In this document: piece after piece, positions 37,340 through 49,449 of the stretch | Layout: every line of letters starts with the position of its first letter | Numbering within the stretch: the stretch's first letter is position 1 | NCBI RefSeq assembly: GCF_037042905.1 | Contig: NC_087251.1 | Location: forward strand, 39,494,001 to 39,558,000 | DNA length: 64,000 nt | Source of the DNA: Lytechinus pictus | Taxonomy: Eukaryota | Reading direction: 5' to 3' | Translations under genes and position numbers: made by a program | Notes under the pieces: model-generated | Told to the model about the DNA's origin: nothing | Databases searched by the model: none | The model's input: the letters and a program-made list of their open reading frames with translations, nothing else

Positions 37340-38610
37340 AGGGGGTAGGGGAGTAGGGGATAACATTCCCTGCTTGACCCACCCCACCCCCATCCCCATT
37401 ATCTCTCCCTTGTCTCTCCTTATTAGAAGGTTTCTCCATGTTTAGCCTCTTATTTTTCCACACTCATCCATCTGACACAGAAAAAAAATCAGTAAAAAAA
37501 TTCAGAAGCCGTTGTTTCTCCTTTGAAAGTGTTTGCCACAGTACAAGTGCTTTATGTATAGTAAATCAAGCCGAGTGGGGTGGAGGGGGTTAGGGTAATA
37601 TTCCCTGCTTGACCCCCACTCTCTTCAAACATCGTCTCCTCCTTGTCATTCCTTATTAGAAGGTGTTTCAAGTTCAAGTTAAATTTATTGAAAAAACCAG
37701 ACATATAAGTACAAATCAATGAACAGAAAATACAAAAAATAAATAATAGATATGAGAGGTTTTCGAGGACCCCTAAAAAGCAGAGCTTGTGAGTGGGGCC
37801 CTACAATAAATGAGATGTAAACAATGAAGGAACATACTGTATATAATATAAATAAAAATACAGATATGTACAGAAAAAAACAGAGATAAGTGAAAACAAA
37901 TATGCAACACATACACACCCTCACAGGCACACACACGACTAGGCTGGCCAGGTACATGATAACTCATAGTTTTAGAGACCAACACTTTCTATACTAGATT
38001 TAACCCAGATTATCAAAGAGATATCTTTTACATTGTACTTTAAACCAATAAAGAGTTGTCATCAGCAGGTTTCTCCATGTTTTAGCCCCTCATTTCTCAA
38101 AAAATGTCTGTCAAAAAAAATTAAGAAGCCATTGTTTCTATTTCAGGAGATGGATGCCAGGGTCCTAGCACTAAATGATTTAAGCCAAGTGAGGGGGGGA
38201 GGGAGTTAACAGTCCCCATAATTATCCCTCCTCTCTGCCTCTTCACTCCTTATTTAAAGGTGTTTTACCAAGCTTAGCCCCTTATTTCTCCATGCTTACC
38301 CACCTGACACATAAAAAATGCCTGTCAAAAACGATTGAGAAGCTATATTGTTTCTATTTCAGGAGATGGATGCCAGGGTCCTAGCACTAAATGATTTAAG
38401 CCAAGTTGGGGAGGGGGTGGGGGTGGAGGGGTAACAGTCCCAGTAATTCCGTCCTCCTCTCTGCCTTGTCTCTCCTTATTAAAAGGTGTTTCTCCAAGTT
38501 TAGCCCCTTCTCCATGCTCATCCACCTGACACAGAAAGTCCTGTCAAAAATTCAGAAGGCATTGTTTCTATTTTGGGGGGATGGATGCCACGGTTCTAGC
38601 GCTAAGTGAA
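37340..38610. repeat. Degenerate tandem repeat (about 190-240 bp units), one unit split by a LINE tail
   Basis: Recurrent ctccttatt.aaggt.ttctcca.gtttagcc / ctgacacagaaa / agaagcc.ttgtttctatttcaggagatggatgccagggtcctagcactaaatgatttaagccaagt. Confidence 0.8.
37668..38064 (-). mobile_element. LINE 3' tail fragment inserted in a tandem unit
   Basis: (ttcaag)n + tttatt tail on the left; host sequence agaaggt / agcaggt repeated at both ends. Confidence 0.6.
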
Positions 38611-40069
38611 TTAAGCCTGGTTTTGATTGATGCGTGTGGTTTAACGTGACTGAAATATGGCAGACGTGCTCTCCACTTGCTTCCCCGACGCCTCTCCATC
38701 AGGATGCATTACTGCAAGAAATAATGATTACAAATGTTGTTACTGTCGAGTTTAACGGAGGCATATTTAATTTCCTGTGAGTGATGGGTAGGTCTGGGGT
38801 TTGTGAAGATATATGATGATGTTTTCATGAGTACATGATTTGCAATGTCGGTGATTATGTTTGTTGTCTTTGAATGAACTATGGTCAGGTACTGTTGTTA
38901 TTGTTGTGAAGAAGAAGACAAAATGAGAAGCTATGTTCTGTTTGGGGTGAGAAATAAACCTTTGTACGACATATCATTGCTGAGCTGTTAAAATCTTGTA
39001 TCTCAAATTTTAAACAGCTCAGAAAAAATATATAATAAAGTTAGACCTATAACAAAAGTAGCAACCTTTTTCCCTCATGCTTCGTATACAGCTCTCTCTA
39101 GGCAGTCCTCATTTTTTTTTTAGATTTTGAGATACAAGGTTTTAACTGCCCAGTGGCATTATTACATTCACGAGCACTAAACAAGAAAGAGAGACCGAAA
39201 GAGAGAGAGAGAGGAGGAGAGAAAGAAAGAGAGAGATGAATAATTTCTAGCTCCATAAAAAGTGTCTTCTGCAAACTATCTCTTCTTTGCCTGAAGATGT
39301 CCCAAATGCTGAGAATTGATTTCGATGCTGGCCGAAAGTGGTCGGTCATCAGTGCTCAAGATGTGAAACCCGATCGCGACGTTCTGTGCATCAACTGGCA
39401 ACTCTCCTGTGCCCCGGTCTGTGGTTGCTTTACATGAGCACAGGGTGACACAGACGGGCCTAGATAAATAGCACGGAAATATACAGAGCACAGAGCCAAA
39501 CAAATACGACAAGAAAAAAAAAACCTCCACTCTGATGTGTGATTAGAGATGCGGATGAGATTGAGAAAAAGTGCAGAGATGCAGAGAGAGAAAGAGAGAG
39601 GGGGTGTTTGTGAAGGGGGTTACCCTTAAAGGACTGGGCTTTTGGAGGTGTTGAGGTCTTGGGGGACATGATGTTCCCCCCCCCCCTTCTCAACTTAGTC
39701 ACAAATATTTTCACATATGTTCCTTCCAACAGTATTCATAAAAATTCCCCCAAGTAAGATCAAATGCATATTTATCCACGGACAACAATATTTGCGAGTG
39801 GATCCAGAACACGCTGGTCGAAAAGTTGATAACAGTTCTTCAAACAGCTACCAAACTATAAAGAAAGATAACTAACAGTCCTTTTCAGGACTACATACAT
39901 GGTGTTTACTTCCATCATTCTCTCCACCATGAAAATCTTTAAAGATCATCTTAACAATATTTGCGTAGACACACCGTATTTCTCTTGACATGTTTGTAGA
40001 TTCCTTGTGAGCTTCTTAATATGTTTTCATCATTTAAAATTGCTGAGGTTAAATTTTCCCCATGTGTTT

Positions 40070-40910
40070 CTTCACTGTATTCCTTTGTCTTTTCAGCCTT
40101 AATTTTGTTTTTTCAATGAAAATCCGAACAGACTACTTGCTAACAATAAATACACCCCCAAATTAATTAAAGAAATAATAATAGTAACCCTTTTTTAGAA
40201 CTTCTAAAAAAGGGTGACTATTATTATTTCTTTAATTGATTATGTTTTAATCATGAAAAATACGAAAGTCTTTTCCTTTATGTATTTCTTATGTCTTAGT
40301 ATTTAGAATCATTTATGGATTCCTCATTTTTACAAAAAACCATCCCTAAAGTAATGAAAAAATAATAGTAGTCACTCTTTTTAGAAGTTGTTATTAATTT
40401 ACTGCATGTTGAAATCTTACATTCTACACTTAAAAAAGAAATAACAACAACAACAGCAACAATATGGGTGTGTCATGGAGTGTGGGTCATTGCCCCTCTC
40501 AACCTCTTGTAAGATGAAACCATAGGAATTCTATGACCTTTTGAAACCTTGGTAATTATGTTTTCGTCATAAAAATTGTGAAATTCAAATTTTCCGTATG
40601 TATTTCTTATATCTTTGTATTAAAGAATTATTTAAGTATTCCTAAAAAAAAAAAATTTCCTTTCTAATTGTGTTTTTTTTCAGTGAAAATCTCATTAGAC
40701 CATTTTTCAACAATAAAACAATTTCCCCTAAATTAATTTTGAAAAATAATGATAGTCACTCATTTTAGAAGTTGTCATGAATTTACTGCATGTTGAAATA
40801 TTAAATCTACACTAAAGAAAAAACAACAACAAACATATGGGCGTGTCATTGTGTGTAGGTCATTGCATTGCCCCTTTTCAACCTTTTGTAAGTTGAAACC
40901 ATAGTAATTC
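40070..40910. repeat. Local duplications including a 40-bp-arm palindrome (40161-40241)
   Basis: aataatagta..cactc.ttttagaagttgt...gaaaccatag occurs at about 40360 and 40745; the palindrome has 2 mismatches and a 1-nt spacer. Confidence 0.85.
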
Positions 40911-41325
40911 TAGTATTGGAAAATATTCAATATATCAGTATTTATTTATTTTTGCATTCTTCCTGACAAGAACAAAGTATTGATTTTCATTTATATTTGT
41001 TGTTAATATTGTTATTGTTTTATTCTGTAGGTTTGGTTAAAATATCATTACCGCATATTCCATAAATGTAAACATATTAAATGTTTTACCATATTGGTTA
41101 TCATCCTAAAATAGAATTGAACTTCATTCTGCTACATTTATGTGGGTAAAATGAACTTTACAGAATAGAAAAGTGTATCAGGGAGATTTGAGAAAATTTC
41201 GTCAAATTGTCCTAATGACAATCAAAATTGTGTTAACATTAACAATGGATAAAACAATGATCATTTATTTATTGTAACTCATTGAATGTTAGTTACTGGA
41301 GTATTTAGCTGTGTAATGACTCTAT

Positions 41326-42138
41326 GGGTGCGTTTATACGCCAATTTTTTACCCTAGAATCATGATTCAAATCATGAATCTGCAGAATCACGATTGCGTT
41401 TAGTCAGAAGTGAAAATAAGCGTCTTTCAAATCACAAACATGAAACACGGAAGAAGGGACGTTTCAAAAGACGTTTCTGTAGAATCATGAACGAAAAAGG
41501 TTCTATAAACGCAATTGTGATTTGAATCATGATTCTATGACGTCACTGTGTCAGGCCTCTTCCGGTTTTATTCTGGCCAGGCTTGAGGCGCACGCTTTGC
41601 TCAGTGTATGTAGGTGTACACAATGTGCTATGCATGCATTTCTTGTCAAGTGCATTTAACTTCAAGTTCTGTGTTGGTCATCGCATCGTCCACTGCTTTT
41701 CATTTTTTTGTCTTGGCTTCAATTTCAAGGTCTAGTTAATGAACTAACTGGACAGACAATGATCTCAGTTGTTGTTGAAGTAACAGTGTCAATATTAAAT
41801 TGAATCTACACTAAAATTTACTTCTGAACACCATTTTCGATAAACCCGACAAGATGAATAGAAGTGAACAAAATGAGGTATAATAGCTGAATTCTGAAAG
41901 CAAAAGATTGATTTTTCGAGAGCTGAAACATGTGCGAAAAAGTTGACCTATGTAGGCCTAGTACTTCCTGTGTGAAACTGCGCACTGTGAATGCACACTG
42001 AATCGGCCCGAATCCGAGGAGAAACAGCATTAGAATGAAGGTCGTCTAAACCCTGATTCTGTGGTATTGTGATTCATGTTTGTGTCTTGAATCATGATTT
42101 AAATCATGATTCTGGCTTGAGGTCGCATAAACGCAGCC
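41326..42138. mobile_element. Harbinger-like MITE
   Basis: TIR gggtgcgtttat..agaatcatgattcaaatcatga / tcatgatttaaatcatgattct..ataaacgcagcc. Confidence 0.8.
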
Positions 42139-43269
42139 CAAAAATGATATATGTGCATTTCTCCATTATTCCTTGGGTTACCCTTTTAAAAGTCAACGTA
42201 GCTGTGACTAATGATGTTTCCATCCAACCATTTCAAATGTCCTTCTTCTTCCCCCCTCCCTGTTTTACTAATACATTTAATCTTCTCCTCTCTCTCCGCT
42301 AATGAGTTCCTCATCCCTTTCTTCCCTAAATCCCCCTCATCTCGCATGCTCCACAGGAGTGGGATCCACATTAGGACGACTGTGACGTAGTTGCTTGCGT
42401 CTTTGGTGAGTCGTTTGTCTGGTTTTGGGCTTACCGCGCTCTTAGCCTCCGTGACAGCACCACACCAAGTGCTCCCGGCCAAAAATAACCTAATCTGCCT
42501 CGGTTTAGCCGACTTTATCAAAATGGCAGTTTTTGCTCATTTTGCCCAAGGAGAGAGAGAGAGAAGAAAAAAAAAGCAAATGCTCTGATTGTTTTAGAGA
42601 TGTTCTCTGTGGGAGTTTAGTGAAAATGGATTTGCAAGGAAATCGATTTACGCATTTATGCTGTTGAAGGCATCAGCAATAAATCCTTTAATATACAGTA
42701 CATAGAAGAATCCTTTGATTTTATTTAAATAGAAGTCAAATAAGTAGTGAGTTCAGTTTATTGTAAGCGCCTTGAGCACCCCTAATAGGGTGGATATGTT
42801 TTGCGCATTGTAAATGTCTTATTATTATTATAAATATACATCATTGCAATGCATCACTGCTTCAGCCATGATTTAAGCCATCTTGAATACGTTACACTCT
42901 TCGTATTTTAACTAGATCTACATTATTTACATATTTTGTTCTTGTTGAAAGGGGAAAACCCAATTTCAAACATGATTCAAACAGTGCACTCAATGTTGTT
43001 CGCCTTTGAAAATAATAATTTCTGTAGATATCAATTCTTTATGATGATTTTCTATTATTTTTCACCAAAAATTCAATTAGATTGTGAACTAAGTGATAAA
43101 CATGAAAATGCCAAAATACCTACCAATAACATAATGAACAAGATAAAATCATAGTCAGCAAATATTATTCTAAAAAAGAAGAATAAACTTTTGGCAAGTA
43201 AAAGGCTTAACAGTTGATGTTAAAAGATTCTGTTTGTCAACAACCACTGCACCTGAAGAATAACACCCC

Positions 43270-43780
43270 CTTTAATCCAAATCTGACCCCCCCTCCCCCC
43301 TCCTCTTGAGCTTTCATCCCCATCTTGTTTCTTTCATTTTCTTTCTCTATCTCCCCCCATCTCAATCTCATTCTCTCTCACTCATTCTCAGTCTTTACCC
43401 CTCTCGATCTATTTCTTTTCTCACTCTCTCCCCCTCTCCTTATTCCTCTCAGTATCATTCTCTCTTTCCTTCTGCCTGTCCATCTGTCTCACTATCTCTC
43501 TCTCCCTCTCTTTTATGTCCCTCCTAATTATTTGTCTCTTCCCCTCTTCCTAGCTCCCCTTCAGCCCTTGTTCCTTCCTCTTTCTATCTTTCCCCTTTCT
43601 CATATCACTCTTGGATCCTGCTTCCTTTTCCTATCTGTTATTCCTCCCTCCTAAATATCTGCCTCTCTCCCTCGCTTTATTTGTCCCCCGTATCCCCCTC
43701 TCATCCATCATCCCTCTATCCTTCCATGTCCCATCCTCTCCCCCCACCCCACCCCCCTCTCTCTCTCTCTCTCTCTCTGA
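43270..43780. repeat. CT-rich polypyrimidine tract (similar tracts at 32940-33200, 52730-52835, 55250-55445)
   Basis: Directly visible. Confidence 0.9.
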
Positions 43781-43789
43781 GCTTCCCAT

Positions 43790-44659
43790 CCAGGGCAGTC
43801 CTACTGGCGGCGGTGGCGTTGACTGACGTACACGCTGCCAGCTCTGGTTCCCTACATTCTACTAATACGCAGTCGTCATTCATTCCAAGCAGTGATGGTG
43901 TTGGGGGAAGCTCAGGGAGCCTACCATCCTCCCGTCGTCTTGTTCTACATAGATCATAAGTCGCAGGCAAACACCGCCATCATCAGTAGCTACCATAATT
44001 TCTCTGTTTGATTCCACTTCACAGTTGGCTCTGCCCTGCACTGGAAGGGTACCTCCGAAATCGCTGTAAAAGGCTTCTTATTGTTTCCATAATTACCCCA
44101 GCCCTTGTGGATGGCAAAAGGAACCGATATCGCTTAAAATAGATGGAGTTTTCAAAAGGAACCAATAATGCTTAATCTTGTGTAGGCATGTTCTCTGGGT
44201 ATTCTTGTTTCCTTGCCTGTGTGGATGGATTTTCCAAAAGGAACCAATATTGATTTTGAATTGTTAAGGTATTCATATTTCCATTTGGATCACCACTTAC
44301 CTGAATGATGAACCTGACTGCCTCTTTCTCTGTCTATTTGATAAGCATTCATCTTCCTAAACATTTGCAGTCGGATCACGTTTCTCTTGCAAGAAGTGCA
44401 TCGCTTCTTGAAACAGTGAGAGGTGAACCTTTACTCAAATATACTGGATTACGACATTCTACGATCAGTCTTTTGCTCTGAATGGCTGAAGAATGACGGC
44501 AAGGATCCAATGCGACATCGAACGCTATGTTAGATTAAGTGAAGTTCATCTTTGTGTTGAGCAACTATTTATCACCATTTGCAAGGTCTTTGTTGGAATC
44601 AATATCATGCGTCTAGTTATATAAACCAGAGGAAGATACATCAATCGAGATTTTAGAAA
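43790..44659 (+). promoter_or_regulatory. Candidate alternative non-coding first exon
   Basis: Unique, GC/CpG-richer sequence directly after a (CT)n tract, ending at donor gaaa|gtaagt (44660); no ATG-initiated frame stays open to the donor. Confidence 0.45.
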
Positions 44660-44779
44660 GTAAGTATGATTACGATAAATGATTTTGTTTGACCTCAGGA
44701 AATTCCTTCATATACATGCAGATCTGTTCATATTCTTCAGTATTCTTTTCCATATATACACATATATATATCCTTTATT

Positions 44780-45170
44780 AAATTTTATATGACTGTAGAT
44801 AGATCCTTGTCATTTGATTGGTTGTTTGATATCGATCTTTCAGCCAATTTTACAATGACGTCATCAATTATGCAATTTTGGATCCATACGATTTTGTCCA
44901 TTGCACGCGCGCACTCGAGAATGCAGGCCTCCACAACCACTTGTGCTTGCAGCGCGCATGTTGTGCGCGACAATCAACAGACGGAGCTCGCACTGCATGA
45001 GCATATTTTGCATCAAAATTCTTAAATTTGATGTGAAAAAGAATCTACTTTTAGATGTCGTATAAACCAAATAATGAATGTTCTTTTCATTCATGCAATG
45101 GACAGAATACTTCATTCGGTGAAGGATGAATGAATGATCCGTTCAACTCAGCTATGCCCCGTTGAATGGA
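44780..45170. mobile_element. Truncated Crypton-like palindromic element
   Basis: tttatatgac...gtcgtataaa inverted repeat followed by a hairpin tccgttcaactcagctatgccccgttgaatgga. Confidence 0.45.
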
Positions 45171-45226
45171 TTGACAAGCAGCTGTACATGGGGCAGACCA
45201 GACAAGGCACAGTAGTACCCTGTGCT

Positions 45227-45660
45227 CCCTGGGGGGGGGGGCCTGTTAAATTTATTGCTGTACACACGCGTGACCAAGTAATTTCCAAACACCACCTAAA
45301 CGAGTTTTTCTCTGTGTGCATAATAACCCACTAAACAAGTTTTTCGCGGGCTTTATTTACACAATTTGGCCCCTAAACAAGTTGTCACCAAAATATGACC
45401 TCGGGGAAAAAGCTTGGAGAAAAACTGACATACCCTTAACACGTTTGGCTAGCCTAAAAAAAAGGCTTTGGGGAAAAAATGTACCCTAAATACGTTTGAC
45501 CCCGCGATTGACCATTGACCAGTCTTTCAAAACCACCCTTTTTCTTGAAAATCTGAGTCCAAGCGCGGACCGCATCCAAAACTGAAAAGACATGCCTTTA
45601 AACTCGTTTTTTGGTCAAGCGTGTGTACAGTAATATATTTGACTGCCCCCCCCCCCCGGG
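45227..45660. mobile_element. MITE with CCC(G)n termini and 8-bp TSD cctgtgct
   Basis: cctgtgct|ccctggggggg..ctgtacacacgcgtgaccaa...ttggtcaagcgtgtgtacag..ccccccggg|cctgtgct. Confidence 0.9.
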
Positions 45661-46618
45661 CCTGTGCTTTAGATCATACAATTTAATGTGAAAAATGTCA
45701 ATTTCTTTAATTTTCAAAAGGTCATTTGCTGTGCTCGCTCACATTTAATTATATCTTGTATCATGAGGGAAATCATAGTAAACAATTAGTGTTGGAAATT
45801 GCACACTTTTCATCTCCAAGCTACGAAGACTGGATCCTGAAATCGTGAACCATTCAATCAGGGGCCTCGGAATGATTTTTGAAGATGGGATGATGGTTTG
45901 GAAAACAAATTCTACATTTTTAGCATAACAACCTGATTACCAGGGGTGCTTCCTATATTGTTTATAACATACGCAGCACCCCCCGGTACTTCCGCTTTCC
46001 CAGGGCTATGCATTCTATGCTTGAGAATCAATTTAATATAAAAAAGAAGAAAAAATCACCTAGATATTTTATTTTGATTAAGCTCTGGATCAAAATAGAT
46101 TTTCATGCACTATTGCGAAATCTATCCAGTAAGACATGTCTTTATTTTGTATCCTCATAGTATTGAATCAGAATAATGACGCTCATATTTTCAGGATTTA
46201 CCAAAGCTAAAGATATATAGGCTTTAAGCTTGTCAAAACCTAGGAATAACCAGTGAGTCTCAAATGCATGTAAAGAAACGACCTGGAATCAAAACTGATA
46301 CTGATGCTTGAGATAAAAGAATCAGGAATCTAGACTAGTGTACATAATGAATAGCATTTCTGTAGTATTATAAGGTAATACAGTCAGTTTAATAGCAAAT
46401 ATGATGTATATTAGAGGTATAAACAATTAATAACCATAACGTTATGACAGATAGAAAACTGAGCTGTCAGAATTTGATGACTTTCCCATTCTTTACAGAA
46501 TGTCAGATGATTTTAAATGGTTTTATAGTTTCTTAGGTGTCAAGTGAAATAAATCAATTACATCTAAGCCACCCTTTAAAAATGCTAGTGTTGATTTAAC
46601 ACACCAGTCGGAGTTCAG

Positions 46619-47402
46619 GGGCGGTATTCTGAACATTGTCTTTTCTCCATATTTATCCTTTTTTCAGAGATATGACAAAATTGGTATTGTGGTGGATGTC
46701 ATAACTTTTGTCACAAAAATTGTCATAAATTTTGTCTCTTCTCTTTAGCCCGCACCAAATATAAGCGACTTAAAATGCGCGTAATCATATGATACAAGCA
46801 AAAGATATGACAACATTTATGACAGGGGGATAAAACTCATAAATTTTGTCATATCTTTTAGCACCAAATATCCTAATACCCTGCTGAATGAATGTCAAGC
46901 ATATAATGATATTATTTAGATTAGATTGTGGTATTAGTTTCACTCATAATCCATGACAAGTTTCAAAATCATTTTTTCATGCTACAATTAGTTCGGCCCT
47001 ACATATTCATTCCTCCTTTTTTTTCTCTGTTTTCCTTCTTTTTTTTCTCTGTTTTCCTTGTTTTTCTATTTCTCTTCTAAAATCCCTCGCAGCTCCCTGT
47101 CTCTCTTTGTAATTAAGCGCATCAATATACGCGTAGTTGCGCGATGTCAGCAACTGTATTGGGGATACACCCTACCTGCCACAGGGCCTTCCTATTGGCT
47201 AGAAGGGCTTCCACTGGGAACTAACGATGATTTTGATTGGTTTGCTTCCAAAAAGATAGGCGGGAACTTAGAGAGATGTGACAGGGAAAAGACAATGTTC
47301 AGAATACCGATTTGTGACAATCATAGTGGTGTCACATCTCGGAGAGAAATTGATTGACAGAATTAATGACAAAAGTTATGACAGTGTTCCAGAATACCAC
47401 CC
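46619..47402. mobile_element. MITE, CAG TSD, nested in an older CACT-type MITE (about 46570-47590)
   Basis: cag|gggcggtattctg...cagaataccaccc|cag; the flanks resemble 14368-14480 and end ttttgcagtgta. Confidence 0.85.
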
Positions 47403-47937
47403 CAGGGATCCATTAGAGAGGTGTCTGAATTGCACCATAATGCTTTTGGGCTAATACCAGAGAGGCATTTAGGAACAACACCAGTCAGTGTTAAACAACA
47501 TTCTAAATAGGTGTTGTTTTGACACTTCTCTGGTGTTCAACTATATGGGTTTCAAAAATCAAATTAACACCAATATTTTTGCAGTGTATCATAATCAAGA
47601 ATCATTTCTTTTCTAAAATTAACTATCATGATTGAAATTGTATGACCCTATAAATAAAGCAAATATCACTATGGAAGCTTATTATTTCCTTGCCTATTAT
47701 TACAAAGTCATGTATGTATAGAAGTGCTGTTCAATGGTGATATTTGCACAGACACAAATCTAGCTCTTGTGCAGTATGAACGGACATATCTGCATGATGG
47801 TGAACCTTTATGTAAAAATGAATATTTAGATATCTAGCAAATGCTTTGTTACCACAAGGTTAAGGCACTATACCAAATACTCAATGCTCAATGGCTTGGA
47901 TTAGTAGTTGTAGTAGTAGTATTAAGAATAGTAGTAG

Positions 47938-48341
47938 NNNNNNNNNNNNNNNNNNNNNNNNNNNNNNNNNNNNNNNNNNNNNNNNNNNNNNNNNNNNNNN
48001 NNNNNNNNNNNNNNNNNNNNNNNNNNNNNNNNNNNNNNNNNNNNNNNNNNNNNNNNNNNNNNNNNNNNNNNNNNATACCAAATACTCAATAGCTTGGATT
48101 AGTAGTTGTNNNNNNNNNNNNNNNNNNNNNNNNNNNNNNNNNNNNNNNNNNNNNNNNNNNNNNNNNNNNNNNNNNNNNNNNNNNNNNNNNNNNNNNNNNN
48201 NNNNNNNNNNNNNNNNNNNNNNNNNNNNNNNNNNNNNNNNNNNNNNNNNNNNNNNNNNNNNNNNNNNNNNNNNNNNNNNNNNNNNNNNNNNNNNNNNNNN
48301 NNNNNNNNNNNNNNNNNNNNNNNNNNNNNNNNNNNNNNNNN
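47938..48341. other. Assembly gaps (47938-48074, 48110-48341) in a collapsed repeat with (TAG)n
   Basis: N runs; ataccaaatactcaat..gcttggattagtagttgt is present both before and between the gaps. Confidence 0.95.
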
Positions 48342-48353
48342 TCGACTGGATTT

Positions 48354-48662
48354 ACACAGTAAAAATGCTGTTTAAATTTTAATGCAATGCTGTTTATTAC
48401 ATGAACCTTACAGTATTTGTTAAAACAGTCTAAACAGGTGTTCAAATCTTAAACAAAGTTTAATTTTTGATATTTAATTGTCAATAAATCAAGCATGGGT
48501 GTTTAAACTAATAATAATAATAATAATAATAAACAGTTCTTGTATAGCGCATATCACAATTATGAATTATGTCTCTATGCGCTTCCAAACTACTGTATTA
48601 AGGTTCATATAGTATTAGTAAACAGCTTTGTATGAAATTTTGACCAGTGTTTTTATTGTGTA
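48354..48662. mobile_element. CACAGTAAAAA MITE interrupted by a short retroposon tail (about 48510-48587)
   Basis: tacacagtaaaaa...tttttattgtgta; internal (aat)n + ttgtatagcgc...gcgctt. Confidence 0.75.
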
Positions 48663-48965
48663 TAAATAAACTAGTCTCTATTTCAATTAATCACTGTTAT
48701 GTGGCAACCATGCATAATTTAGTGGTTTAAATTGTGAAGCGCTTTGTAACCACAAGGTTAAGGCACATTACCAAATACTCAATGTCTATGTATGTAGGAT
48801 CGGATTAGGAGAGAGCTTATCTAGGCCTTTGATAGACCAAATGGTGATATTTATTCTTTTTAAAAGCATTAAGGAACTAGCATTAGCATAGTCATGGCAG
48901 CAATGGATAGTTGGATACAACAAAAATTTCATCGATGTTCTTTTTTCTGTGGCATGTTTGAACGA

Positions 48966-49449
48966 TAAGCCAGTTCGTAGTTCCTTTCTGCGCATGATCA
49001 AAAGATTCTACGCATGATCAGAGGAAGGTCATTTGTACTAAAGTGACATGGTGGTTTAAAATTTAATGAGATAAGCACCAACTTTGATGTCTTGATTATT
49101 CATATATTCTTTTGAATTGTGGTTTTCATTTACATCCACAAAAAACAACAACGCGTCCACGAACGACTGGTTTTCACAGTTTGCCGCGTCCACGAACGAC
49201 TGGTTTTCACAGTTTGCCAAGTACATTGTGCAACATGCTATGATATGCATTCAAAGTAGGAATGCAACAAATACCTTCATAAAGTGTTCATTGGTGTGCT
49301 ATTCTAGTCACCTGGTCTATTCAATTTCTTCATCCTGCTATGTAAGGCAAGCTTACATAATATTTTGCTTTGAAATCTGCCTATCATAATGAAAGAATTG
49401 AAAGGTCATCTGACCGAAAATTGTCCATGAGTAACTACGAACTGGTCTA
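48966..49449. mobile_element. Non-autonomous DNA element (TAG-type termini) with an internal 33-bp duplication
   Basis: TIR ccagttcgtagtt / aactacgaactgg. Confidence 0.65.

Noticed and set aside
39318-39356. Minus-strand CUGAUGA...CGAAA hammerhead-like core
   Set aside because: Stem II cannot close (C opposite C) and no stems I/III are evident.
43306-43959. Several Leu/Ser/Pro-rich ORFs (also 5027-5557, 32918-33479, 55234-55494)
   Set aside because: Artefacts of CT/GA low-complexity tracts.
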